Assembly: GCA_964248365.1 (NCBI GenBank)
Contig: CAXTYC010000012.1
Coordinates: forward strand, 30,132 to 94,131
Source: an uncultured Chroococcidiopsis sp.
GTDB taxonomy: Bacteria > Cyanobacteriota > Cyanobacteriia > Cyanobacteriales > Chroococcidiopsidaceae
Length of the DNA: 64,000 nt
Direction of reading: 5' to 3'
The notes beneath the pieces are model-generated. The model ran no database searches and had not been told where the DNA came from. It worked only from the letters and a program-made list of their open reading frames with translations. Position 1 is the first letter of the stretch. Each line of letters begins with the position of its first letter. Positions 10,073 through 19,114 of the stretch are shown here, piece by piece. The translations under genes and the position numbers were made by a program.

Positions 10073-10882
10073 TTATGAATTTCGAATTGCGAATTGTTCT
10101 GTTGGATCTGGCATGAATTTGTATCTCAGGTAAATTCCAGCCGCCACAAATAAAGCAATCACAACAGTACCAATGCCAATCGGACTGGGAAGCCAAAAAA
10201 CTGCTTCCACATGATTAAGTTCACCTGGCTGGAGTTTCCAAACGAGTATTTGTCCTTGTTTTTCTGGTTGAATAGCGTTGGGTGATTTTTCGACGCTACG
10301 CGCTCCCCAAGGAGTGTTGAGGCTAAACTCAAAGTCTAAAATCGAACCTGTGGTAATTTCTAGATTACCGTTGGTTGAAATTAGCTCTAGCGATCGCAAG
10401 TCTAAATCATAGCTCAATCGATTCCTGACTAATAGTAACAAATTGTTTTGATTCAAACTCAAATGAGAATCAATCTGAGGCAAATCAGATTTCTCACTTG
10501 TCACATCCGAGTTTTTCTTACCTGTGGGGCTAAAAAATTTGTTGAATTTCTCTTCGAGATCAGCACCATTATTAAATGGAATCGTAACAGTAATTTCTTC
10601 GTTTGATAGCCGCTTAGCTTTACCTTGCAATTCGTGGGCGCGGCGTTCAATACTACTTAACCAAGCAGAAGCTGATTCACCACTAAAACTAACCAGTTTT
10701 TCTCCCAGCTTGATATGCTGTACAATTTCGCCATAATTGGGGTTATCAAAATTCACCCCAACCTGATACTGTACACAGCCAGAAAGCAGCAATGAGGACA
10801 ATAGTATCAGCCCTAAAAGCCGCACTCGGCTCATACCCTTAATTACTGTCATCAAACCCTTGTTTAAAATATCTAGAAGCAC
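10073..10882 (-). CDS. DUF3153-like lipoprotein/membrane protein
   Basis: LLSGCV lipobox; C-terminal WLPSPIGIG plus TM; start uncertain. Confidence 0.75.
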   Translation of the reverse strand: MLLDILNKGLMTVIKGMSRVRLLGLILLSSLLLSGCVQYQVGVNFDNPNYGEIVQHIKLGEKLVSFSGESASAWLSSIERRAHELQGKAKRLSNEEITVTIPFNNGADLEEKFNKFFSPTGKKNSDVTSEKSDLPQIDSHLSLNQNNLLLLVRNRLSYDLDLRSLELISTNGNLEITTGSILDFEFSLNTPWGARSVEKSPNAIQPEKQGQILVWKLQPGELNHVEAVFWLPSPIGIGTVVIALFVAAGIYLRYKFMPDPTEQFAIRNS

Positions 10883-10967
10883 AAGCTTTACTTCCCCTCA
10901 TAAAAATGGTAATTGGTAATTGGTAGTTGGTAAAGAGTAATTGGTAACTGGTAACTGGTAACTGCTA

Positions 10968-11531
10968 TTACCCATAATTCATCCAAATTAAAGCAGCTAC
11001 AGTCAAGCCAATGGCAATTAGTGCTACCCAAATAAATCGATTATCTCTGGTATTGACCCCGCTAAGGTCTACTGGTTCTGGTAGTGGCTGTTGTCCCTGA
11101 CGTTTACTAGTAGTAGCAAGGCTGCCAAGGCGAGTTTGATTTTCATTGTCAGGGACTGTACCTAAATCGGGAATTTGCGTCATCCATTCGGCAGGTCTTT
11201 TTAACTGGGGTGCTTGCAGGATGTAGAGCAAGCGTCGCGCTTGTTTGTTGGTTTCAGGATCGGGATGGCGTTTGAGCTGATCGCACAGAGCGATCGCTTG
11301 TTGTGTTTGTCCTGCTGCTTCATAAGCTGTTACTAACCAAATCTGCACTTCACCCCCCAAGCGAGAGTTACGAGCAACTAGGGCGCTAGCTTTTTCTAAA
11401 TGCTGCACAGATTCGCGGTATTGTCCACGTTCAAAAGCTACTCTGCCAGCAGTGTACTCGGCTCTAACAATTTCTAAAGTTTCTGAATTCACGTTCGGCT
11501 GCATGAATCTCGTCTTTCTTGATGTTGCCAC
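10968..11531 (-). CDS. TPR-containing membrane-anchored protein
   Basis: AFERGQYRESVQHLEKA...WLVTAYEAAGQ helical repeat; C-terminal TM. Confidence 0.75.
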   Translation of the reverse strand: MATSRKTRFMQPNVNSETLEIVRAEYTAGRVAFERGQYRESVQHLEKASALVARNSRLGGEVQIWLVTAYEAAGQTQQAIALCDQLKRHPDPETNKQARRLLYILQAPQLKRPAEWMTQIPDLGTVPDNENQTRLGSLATTSKRQGQQPLPEPVDLSGVNTRDNRFIWVALIAIGLTVAALIWMNYG

Positions 11532-11702
11532 AAGCTAGGGGAGTAACGAAATATTTCTTTTGTCGCAGCTTTAACTGAAACTAAATCGATAGAATTGTAG
11601 TTAAGTAGACATGAATGGCTGTTTGAGAGCAATACAGTGTAGTGAAGCAATTTTGTTGCTCATAGCTTTGAGATTATTACAATCGGGGTTTGGGATAAAA
11701 AT

Positions 11703-12191
11703 ATGCTAAAAACACAGCGGGGGCGACTGGGAGGTCGTGGAGTAAGCTTTAATACTGTTATTGTGTCGCTGGGCTTGGGGATGTCGCTCTTGGGTGCTAC
11801 GACACCAGCTTTTGCTCAATCTATAAGTGGAAAGACGATTAGAGTTCCTTATGAGTCTGGGGTAGTAGTTGAGCGAGGGTATTATGGTGGTGTGAGTCAG
11901 CCTCCCCAAGCCGCTCCCTTCATTTATGGCAGTCCTATTCCAACTCCAGTGCCTGTAAATCCCGCTACTGGTTTGACACCTAATAATAGCAGTGGTTACT
12001 ATTACGAATCCTATCCAATCAACTCCTATCCAGTCAGAGGAAGGGTAGACAATTCTACGCTAATCAATCCTACTCTAGTTAATCCCAGGATTAATGACTC
12101 GACGCTGATTAATCCTGTGATTGTGAATGAGCCAGTTTATAGAGTACCAGTGTATGAGCGGCGATCGCCCATCATTTATTTCTCAAATTAG
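11703..12191 (+). CDS. Hypothetical secreted protein
   Basis: Signal peptide ending PAFA; NSTLINP/DSTLINP repeats. Confidence 0.65.
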   Translation: MLKTQRGRLGGRGVSFNTVIVSLGLGMSLLGATTPAFAQSISGKTIRVPYESGVVVERGYYGGVSQPPQAAPFIYGSPIPTPVPVNPATGLTPNNSSGYYYESYPINSYPVRGRVDNSTLINPTLVNPRINDSTLINPVIVNEPVYRVPVYERRSPIIYFSN

Positions 12192-12207
12192 GGCGATCGC
12201 AAGCTTG

Positions 12208-13101
12208 TTATTCCCTAAATTCTGAAGCTACAATCATCGAGCCGATACCGCCGTCGGTGAGAATCTCCAGTAAAAGGGCGTGGGGAATGCGACCGTCAAT
12301 GATGTGAGCTGCTCGTACACCTTGGGCAAGCGATCGCACACAGCACTGCACTTTGGGAATCATACCTCCGCCCACTACTCCAGACGCAATCAATGCACGG
12401 GCTTCTTGAATATCTAACCTGGGCATGAGAGTAGAAGGGTCTTTATAGTCCTTCAAGATTCCCGATGTGTCAGTCAGCAAAATTAACTTTTCCGCCCCTA
12501 AAGCTGCCGCCAGTTCCCCAGCAACAGTATCAGCGTTGACATTATAAGCCTGCCCCTTGTCGTCCGCCGCTACACTCGATACGACGGGAATATACCCATC
12601 CTTGAGCAGGGACTCTAACAGCCGCACATCCATACTAGTAACTTCCCCAACAAAGCCAATTCCCTCTCGACCTTCTGGGCGGGCTTTGATCAAATTACCA
12701 TCCTTACCGCAAAGCCCTACAGCAGAGCCACCAGCACGGCTAATTAAGGAAACAAGTTCTTTATTCACCCGCCCAACCAAAACCATCTCCACCACATCCA
12801 TTGTGGGGGCATCTGTCACCCGCAGACCATGCTTAAATTGCGGCTCAATACCCAGCTTATCTAGCCAGCTATTAATTTCAGGACCACCCCCATGAACTAC
12901 AACTGGGCGCACTCCCACGCAAGCTAAGAACACAATATCGCGGATGACTTTATCTTTGAGGGAGCCATCTTTCATTGCTGCGCCGCCATACTTGACGACA
13001 ACAATTCGATCTTTAAATTGTTGGATGTAGGGTAGTGCTTCGCTCAGCACTCGCACACGAGTTGCTTCAGTCTCCCTAATGTATTCGCTATCGTTGATCA
13101 T
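12208..13101 (-). CDS. argB: Acetylglutamate kinase
   Basis: [35 protein letters not shown]. Confidence 0.97.
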   Translation of the reverse strand: MINDSEYIRETEATRVRVLSEALPYIQQFKDRIVVVKYGGAAMKDGSLKDKVIRDIVFLACVGVRPVVVHGGGPEINSWLDKLGIEPQFKHGLRVTDAPTMDVVEMVLVGRVNKELVSLISRAGGSAVGLCGKDGNLIKARPEGREGIGFVGEVTSMDVRLLESLLKDGYIPVVSSVAADDKGQAYNVNADTVAGELAAALGAEKLILLTDTSGILKDYKDPSTLMPRLDIQEARALIASGVVGGGMIPKVQCCVRSLAQGVRAAHIIDGRIPHALLLEILTDGGIGSMIVASEFRE

Positions 13102-13340
13102 GAACCGCTTTTAGGATGCTAATGAAGATTGAGAGCAGTTTAAAGGAGATTGCGTCGAGCAACAATGTCATTTGCAACAGTTTGGGAAGAAAAGGGGCTA
13201 GGGGCTAGGGGCGCTCTTGCTAGGGAGATGGACAAGATGGACAAGATGGACAAGATGGGGAGAAATCCCCTCCTATCACCTCACCATCCCATCCCCTCAT
13301 CCTCTTCTAGCCCTAGCCCCTAGCCTCTAGCCCCTAGCCC

Positions 13341-14669
13341 CTAGATATTTGTCAGCAGCCTTGCTTTTGTGAGAACAAATTTAAGTAAAGTTTCTTCTTG
13401 GGAGATGATATCGGCTGTAACTTCCATACCAGATTTGAGGGGATAGGTGCGATCGCCCTTGACTAGAAAAGGTCTTTCTGGCTCGATGGTTACTTCATAG
13501 TAAGGGGCAGCAGCTGCACCCGTCAAAGGTGTAATCGAGTCAGGAGAAATTGCTCTCACAGCACCTCGAAGTATGCCGTAGTCAGGATAAGGGTAAGCGG
13601 AAATTCGCATTTGCACTTTACCCTTTTGACAGTCTGTGACTGCTCGTTGTTCACACACTTGAATTCTGCTAATATCCTGAGCCGCCACCCGTGCTTTTAC
13701 CACAAGAGTGGCATTTCCAGGGGCGATTTGGGCAATGGATTGTCCAGCACTCACCACCTGACCTGGGTTTCGCAAATCTAGTTTAAGAATTTTACCAGCG
13801 TCAGGACTACGAAATACAGTTTTTTTCAGATCTGTCTCTACTTGTCGTAGATCTTTTACATTGCGGTTGATTTCATTGTGAAGGGCAATTTGACGCTGGA
13901 GCAAAACCTCTTGTTCTTTATCCAAGGTGGCTAAGGTGACTTCACCCCTTACCCGTTCTTGAGCAATCCGTTCTTGGGCGACTGACACAGATGCTACAGT
14001 AGGATTTAAGGCAGCTTTTGCGCCTTCGAGTTTGGCTTGCGCTGCAACGAATGCTTGTTCTTTTTCCTTTATTTGCAGTTGTGGAACAGCTCCTGTGGAA
14101 GCCAGTTGGTGATATTGTTCCATCTGCACTTTGGCTAACTCCATAGCCGCTAGAGCTTCTTTTACTTGTGTGCCAGTTGTAATTTGCCGCTCTTTATATT
14201 CTCTTTGATTGCGTTGCAGATCCGCTTGAGCAGAGGCGATATTGTGGTTCATCAAGCTCAGTTCAAAATCCCGCTGGTTTTTAAGGGATAGCATCTGAGC
14301 ATCGATTTGAGCCAGTTGCAATTGACTATTTTGGATATTCCCTGCTAGCTGGTTCTTTTTGGTTTGAAGTTGAGAATCGTCAATAGTAGCGATCGCATCT
14401 CCGGTTTTAACAGAAGAGTTTTCTTTCACCAAGATACGGTTAACCGATCCTGCCGATTCTGCTTGGACTATCCGCACTTCTCCGGCTGGACGCACAGTAG
14501 CAGCTGCTTTGACTGTGACTTTGTACTGCACAAAAGCAGCCAACGCAAACGCTGCACCCACTGTCCCAACTAAAAACAATCCACCTAATGTTGTCCAAAG
14601 ACTGATCGGGGGGAGAAACTCGTCACTGCGAATTGGGCGAACTAAAGCAGGATTAGTGTCATTAAGCAT
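13341..14669 (-). CDS. HlyD-family membrane fusion protein (type I secretion)
   Basis: N-terminal TM, long coiled coil, AYPYPDYG and LKSGMEVTADI. Confidence 0.92.
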   Translation of the reverse strand: MLNDTNPALVRPIRSDEFLPPISLWTTLGGLFLVGTVGAAFALAAFVQYKVTVKAAATVRPAGEVRIVQAESAGSVNRILVKENSSVKTGDAIATIDDSQLQTKKNQLAGNIQNSQLQLAQIDAQMLSLKNQRDFELSLMNHNIASAQADLQRNQREYKERQITTGTQVKEALAAMELAKVQMEQYHQLASTGAVPQLQIKEKEQAFVAAQAKLEGAKAALNPTVASVSVAQERIAQERVRGEVTLATLDKEQEVLLQRQIALHNEINRNVKDLRQVETDLKKTVFRSPDAGKILKLDLRNPGQVVSAGQSIAQIAPGNATLVVKARVAAQDISRIQVCEQRAVTDCQKGKVQMRISAYPYPDYGILRGAVRAISPDSITPLTGAAAAPYYEVTIEPERPFLVKGDRTYPLKSGMEVTADIISQEETLLKFVLTKARLLTNI

Positions 14670-15303
14670 CAGCTAACAACCTATTATTCTCAACAACTAC
14701 AACAAACGAGAATTGAGTAGCAAGCAAATTGTCTATTCAAATTTAGTGTAATCTTCAAATTTTCCTATCTACCCACATAAACCTCAATTTTATCCAATAA
14801 GTAATTTTAAACGTAGTTGCCCTACGCATAAGTGGTAACTATTTTTACCTTTTCCAAAAAAAATTTCTTAACATCCGTATTAATTCTGCCTTAGTGACAG
14901 TAATTAGACGATTGTAGCTTCCAGACCATACCGATAAAATCCTCTCTAGCAAAATAGCATTACAACCACATCCTACTCAAAATGTACTTGTATAAATTTA
15001 TATATTATTATTTTTTTTGTAGCAAATAAATATCAGTACACTCGCATCTTGCTAGATAGGTGGTTGTAGATCCGTGTATACTTTGTATGCTGTTAAAATA
15101 GAAGCAAATTAAATATTTATTAGTAAAGTTAATATGAGTTAATCTCGGCTTAATATTCTATTAACTTATATTAAGAAGTAGCAATTTAAACTTGATTTGG
15201 CTGTTGTTTAATTTATAGTTAATCATTAAGGTAGAAATGTAATTGAAGTAACAATTTAAACCTGCCCCAAATACCTTAAGTTTGAATAGAAGGAGACTTC
15301 ACA

Positions 15304-15486
15304 ATGTCTAATAGTTCTGCATTATTTTCTGACTCTGAGAGCTTCATGGGATTTGTTCAAGATTTGTCAGAACAAGAAGAGCTAGCACTCGCAGGTGGAA
15401 CAGGCGGTTGTGGCAGCGGCAAGAGCGGCAAGAACAAGAGCAAGAACAAGAACAAGTCTGGCAACTGCGGCTGCGGCTGTCCCTAA
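15304..15486 (+). CDS. RiPP precursor peptide with double-glycine leader
   Basis: Strong RBS AAGGAG; leader ...FVQDLSEQEELALAGG followed by core TGGCGSGKSGKNKSKNKNKSGNCGCGCP; adjacent to a C39 ABC transporter and HlyD. Confidence 0.88.
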   Translation: MSNSSALFSDSESFMGFVQDLSEQEELALAGGTGGCGSGKSGKNKSKNKNKSGNCGCGCP

Positions 15487-15587
15487 TCTCTGCCATTGAA
15501 ACCTTTAATACAGTACTGTAATAGCCATATCTTTTAGCTTAGGTAAATTAATACACCTAGCTTAAGTAGGCTATGTAGATCAAGAAT

Positions 15588-15633
15588 AGGGTTTTTACCA
15601 TCGTGCAATACCGATGTTAAGAACCCTTTTTTT
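15588..15633 (+). terminator. Intrinsic terminator-like hairpin after the precursor gene
   Basis: AGGGTTTTTACCATCG / CGATGTTAAGAACCCT stem (14/16 Watson-Crick) followed by a T run. Confidence 0.7.
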
Positions 15634-15709
15634 GTCAAATTGGAAGTACTCATAGAGAAATTTAGATGTAAACGAGCTTTTTGAGTAAAGCTTTAAGGAA
15701 TTCTTGACC

Positions 15710-16909
15710 ATGAGTTTTTTGTTAAGCTCTCAAAATGTTTTAGAATATCTAAATGAAAAAGGGCTGTGTGACCAAGAGCAACATCTTAGTCAAATCAAAG
15801 AGAAAAGCTCTAAAAACTTCAATTTGCTAGTGAGCTTTACTAACGATCGCCACCTGTTAATTAAGCAAGAACTTCAAGATCGAGAAGGAAAAACTAAGAA
15901 ATATTTTTTGGATGAATGGGGTATTCATGCTCTGTTACAAAATTTTTCAGAATTAAGCTCTATTTGCTCAAGAATATCAGAAGCTATTCATTTTGATCCT
16001 GAATGTTCAATTATTGTTTTTAATTACCTTATTAACTATTGGGACTTAACCGATTTTTACGCCCAAGAGCAGATTTTTCCAACAGAAATCGCCTCGTCAA
16101 TTGGAGCGGCGATCGCTACCATTCATCGTAGTACTATAGACACTGAGCAATACAAAAGCTTTCTAGCTCAAAGTTGTAAAAAACAGTCGATTGACCGTAT
16201 TCCTAACTTACTGCGTGGGCTAGAACGAATTGAACCGGAAGTCTTTGGCTCCGTTTGTTTAGATGGAATCCAGTTTTTTGTACTTTATCAGCTATATGAG
16301 AGTTTGGGAAGTGCGATCGCTGAACTTAACGCTGCTTTCCAACCCTGCTGTTTAACACACAATGACCTGAAGCTGGATAACATTTTAGTGCATAGAGATT
16401 TCATCTCGCGTTACCAGGCTGAGCCTGATAATGATATTTCTAGCATGAATGGCATTGTGCGACTAATTGATTGGGAACACAGCAGATGGGGAGATCCCGC
16501 CTTTGATTTAGGAATGCTTATCGCCAGCTACCTAAAAATTTGGCTGGGTAGCTTGGTTATCAATGCAGATATGGATATTGAGACATCCCTAGCAAGCGCT
16601 ATAACTCCACTCGAACAAGTCCAACCCTCGATTGTTGCCTTAGCTAGAGCTTATTTCCACCATTTTCCAGAAATCTTAGAGCGTCGCCCTGATTTTTTCA
16701 AACGAGTAATGCAATTTACTGGTTTTGCCTTGATTAACACAATTCAAGCAAAGCTCGAATACCGAGAAACTTTCGACAATACAGGTATTTGTATGCTTCA
16801 GGTGGCAAAAACTTTGTTATGCCGCCCAGAACAATCAGTCCCAATTGTTTTTGGCACAACAGCATTGGAACAATTGGTAAAAGGGGCAAGGGAAAAGGTT
16901 AAAGGATGA
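15710..16909 (+). CDS. APH/choline-kinase-family phosphotransferase (putative RiPP Ser/Thr kinase)
   Basis: LLIKQE, catalytic HNDLKLDNI, LIDWE, GDPAFDLG. Confidence 0.87.
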   Translation: MSFLLSSQNVLEYLNEKGLCDQEQHLSQIKEKSSKNFNLLVSFTNDRHLLIKQELQDREGKTKKYFLDEWGIHALLQNFSELSSICSRISEAIHFDPECSIIVFNYLINYWDLTDFYAQEQIFPTEIASSIGAAIATIHRSTIDTEQYKSFLAQSCKKQSIDRIPNLLRGLERIEPEVFGSVCLDGIQFFVLYQLYESLGSAIAELNAAFQPCCLTHNDLKLDNILVHRDFISRYQAEPDNDISSMNGIVRLIDWEHSRWGDPAFDLGMLIASYLKIWLGSLVINADMDIETSLASAITPLEQVQPSIVALARAYFHHFPEILERRPDFFKRVMQFTGFALINTIQAKLEYRETFDNTGICMLQVAKTLLCRPEQSVPIVFGTTALEQLVKGAREKVKG

Positions 16910-17076
16910 AGGATAAAGGATAAAGGTTGTAGCGAGCGCGATCCCGTTGGCGTTAGCCGCACCCGTTGGGTAGGGGTAGGGTAAAGGGGAAAGAGGTATT
17001 GCGGTAAAGGATAAAAATTAAAGGTTGAAACTTCACACTTCATACTTCATACTTCATACTTCATACTTTTAGTTAT

Positions 17077-18141
17077 ATGCAATTAACCGATTCTCTACCT
17101 AATCAACTGCTCGATAGTCTGCAAGATATTGTTAAGATTGAGATTCAATCTAATTTCTGTATTAGCCATCCAGATTACGAACCGCTAGAACTTCCGCACG
17201 AGGTAGTAACTCGTTTTCAACAACTACCAGGGGAATTCCAGCGTAAGTATCTGAGCCTACAACTGCGGAATTTTATATATAGTATCTATTTCACAGGCGA
17301 CGCACCAGCCGCTAGTATCAATAGCAGTTGCCATTCAGACAGTGCTGTAATCACGCAAAGTTCAGACTTTTACTGGCAATTACACGCGAATAATTGTGGA
17401 GAAGGCTACTTTGATTCGGGCTGGTATATTCTCAAACAAGAGAGTGATGGTAGCCTTGCTGTGCAAAAGAATGGTTTAACTGTACACATTCAGCCACAGC
17501 GCCATCTCCAACCCGAAGCCTGGCTATCCAGTGTAGGCGATACAGTTGCAATCCGAATGCCTCCTAACTTAGTTGAAACCAAATTCTATATAGCCGTAGG
17601 TAATGCAGGAACGGTCAACCTTCATCGTTCAAATCGTCAGATCGAGACAGTATACATTTATTTTAATTTTACCTGTGAAGGTGCGATCGCACTTATGCGT
17701 AGTTTAACAGAGCAACTAAACTCTTTAAAAATTGCGTTTACTTTTAAAGCGCTTTTCGATCCTGCTAATTACCCGCGCAACGACTCAGGAGTCCTCTACT
17801 TTGAGCGCAGTAATTACAATATTATCCGGCAAATTTTGCAATCTGTCTATGCAGAAAACCGAGCGCATTTTCTTTCAAACGTTCCCCTATTTACAAAGTT
17901 ACTAGCACCAGGGCTGGGTTTAGCAGAAAAACCAGAATATAAAGAAACTACTGGGGAAAGATTTGGCTTGAACCGTTGTCAAATTGTTGCTGATGGCTTG
18001 TTAGATGCGTGGGATAATGGCGATCGCACGTCTTTAGGTCGGATAAATGCAATTAGCAAACGCTTTGACTCACACTTTATTGAATTGCAGCGTCCCTATT
18101 TAAATGCCAATGAAGATATTTACACCCCTATCTATACTTGA
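17077..18141 (+). CDS. HopA1-like protein (putative RiPP phospho-Ser/Thr lyase)
   Basis: IYFNFT, FTFKAL...YPRNDSGVLYF, PLFTKLLAPGLGLAEKP, FGLNRCQIVA; paired with the APH kinase. Confidence 0.8.
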   Translation: MQLTDSLPNQLLDSLQDIVKIEIQSNFCISHPDYEPLELPHEVVTRFQQLPGEFQRKYLSLQLRNFIYSIYFTGDAPAASINSSCHSDSAVITQSSDFYWQLHANNCGEGYFDSGWYILKQESDGSLAVQKNGLTVHIQPQRHLQPEAWLSSVGDTVAIRMPPNLVETKFYIAVGNAGTVNLHRSNRQIETVYIYFNFTCEGAIALMRSLTEQLNSLKIAFTFKALFDPANYPRNDSGVLYFERSNYNIIRQILQSVYAENRAHFLSNVPLFTKLLAPGLGLAEKPEYKETTGERFGLNRCQIVADGLLDAWDNGDRTSLGRINAISKRFDSHFIELQRPYLNANEDIYTPIYT

Positions 18142-19114
18142 CACAGACTGGCTATCTTGTCAATTTTTAAACACATTTAATCTTTCTTATCATAAAGTTA
18201 CTTTTTGAAAAATTTCAAAATAATTCTACCATTATCGCCATACAACACCAACTTAAAGAAAATAATGGAAATCTAACTATACAAATATATAATGTTCAAA
18301 CTGCCTGCATTTAGTAATCGAACTGTTATTGTGAAGCCATGAGCCACCTGAAAAAATTTATTTTAAGTCAGTTCAGTCAATTAAAACCTCAACAGTTTAG
18401 TACCAGCAAGGAAAGTATAAATTTTACAAGCTTGCTTTTCACTCTCTTGCTGTGAGTGAGGAATAAAATTTTGCCAATGGCACTTGTTAGCACTCTAAGG
18501 TCAAGAGATGTTATAAATGTGGTTGGCGACGATGATGATAGCTGAGTGTTTAGTCGCTTAGATATCTCAATAGTCTCCTTTTCAATTTAAGGTATTTTAG
18601 CAGGGAGCTTTCCTTTATCCTTCCTTACTTGTGTAAGGGTTTATTTAGAAAAGTACTCTCTGCTTTTTTTATTTTCTAAAATATAATAATAGTAACTGTC
18701 GTGTGATTAATATAAAAATGTAATTGTATATATTAATACATATAATATCAAAAGCATTATTCTTAACTGTATTTACAAACGTATAAAAAATGATAATGAA
18801 TATAGCCGTGCTAACAATTCGTCTACAACAACATGAGAATATATGCATTAGATATCAATTTTATTATTACCTAGTGCAAAGCGCTTCCCTCGTTCCCTAG
18901 CAATGTATGAACTAGAAGAAAATAAATATTTAATTTTAATAGTAGTTAAATTATTTTACTTTTTGTAGTAAATAACCACATTCTTTTGTAATATTAATTA
19001 CAGGGGTTTTCTGGTTGAATGCTGCTGATTTTTGTAAGAGGCATATCAAGTAGTAATTCCTGTTTTTTTCAAGCTATAAGAATTACGGTATCAAGAAGTA
19101 TCATTTGAATAACA

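Noticed and set aside
17077..18141. Type III secretion effector reading of the HopA1-like gene
   Set aside because: No T3SS genes present; the precursor/kinase/PCAT context points to RiPP modification
18487..18513. CIRCE-like TTAGCACTC-N9-GAGATGTTA
   Set aside because: Left arm is perfect but the right arm departs from GAGTGCTAA, and no chaperone gene is adjacent; not supportable as an HrcA site
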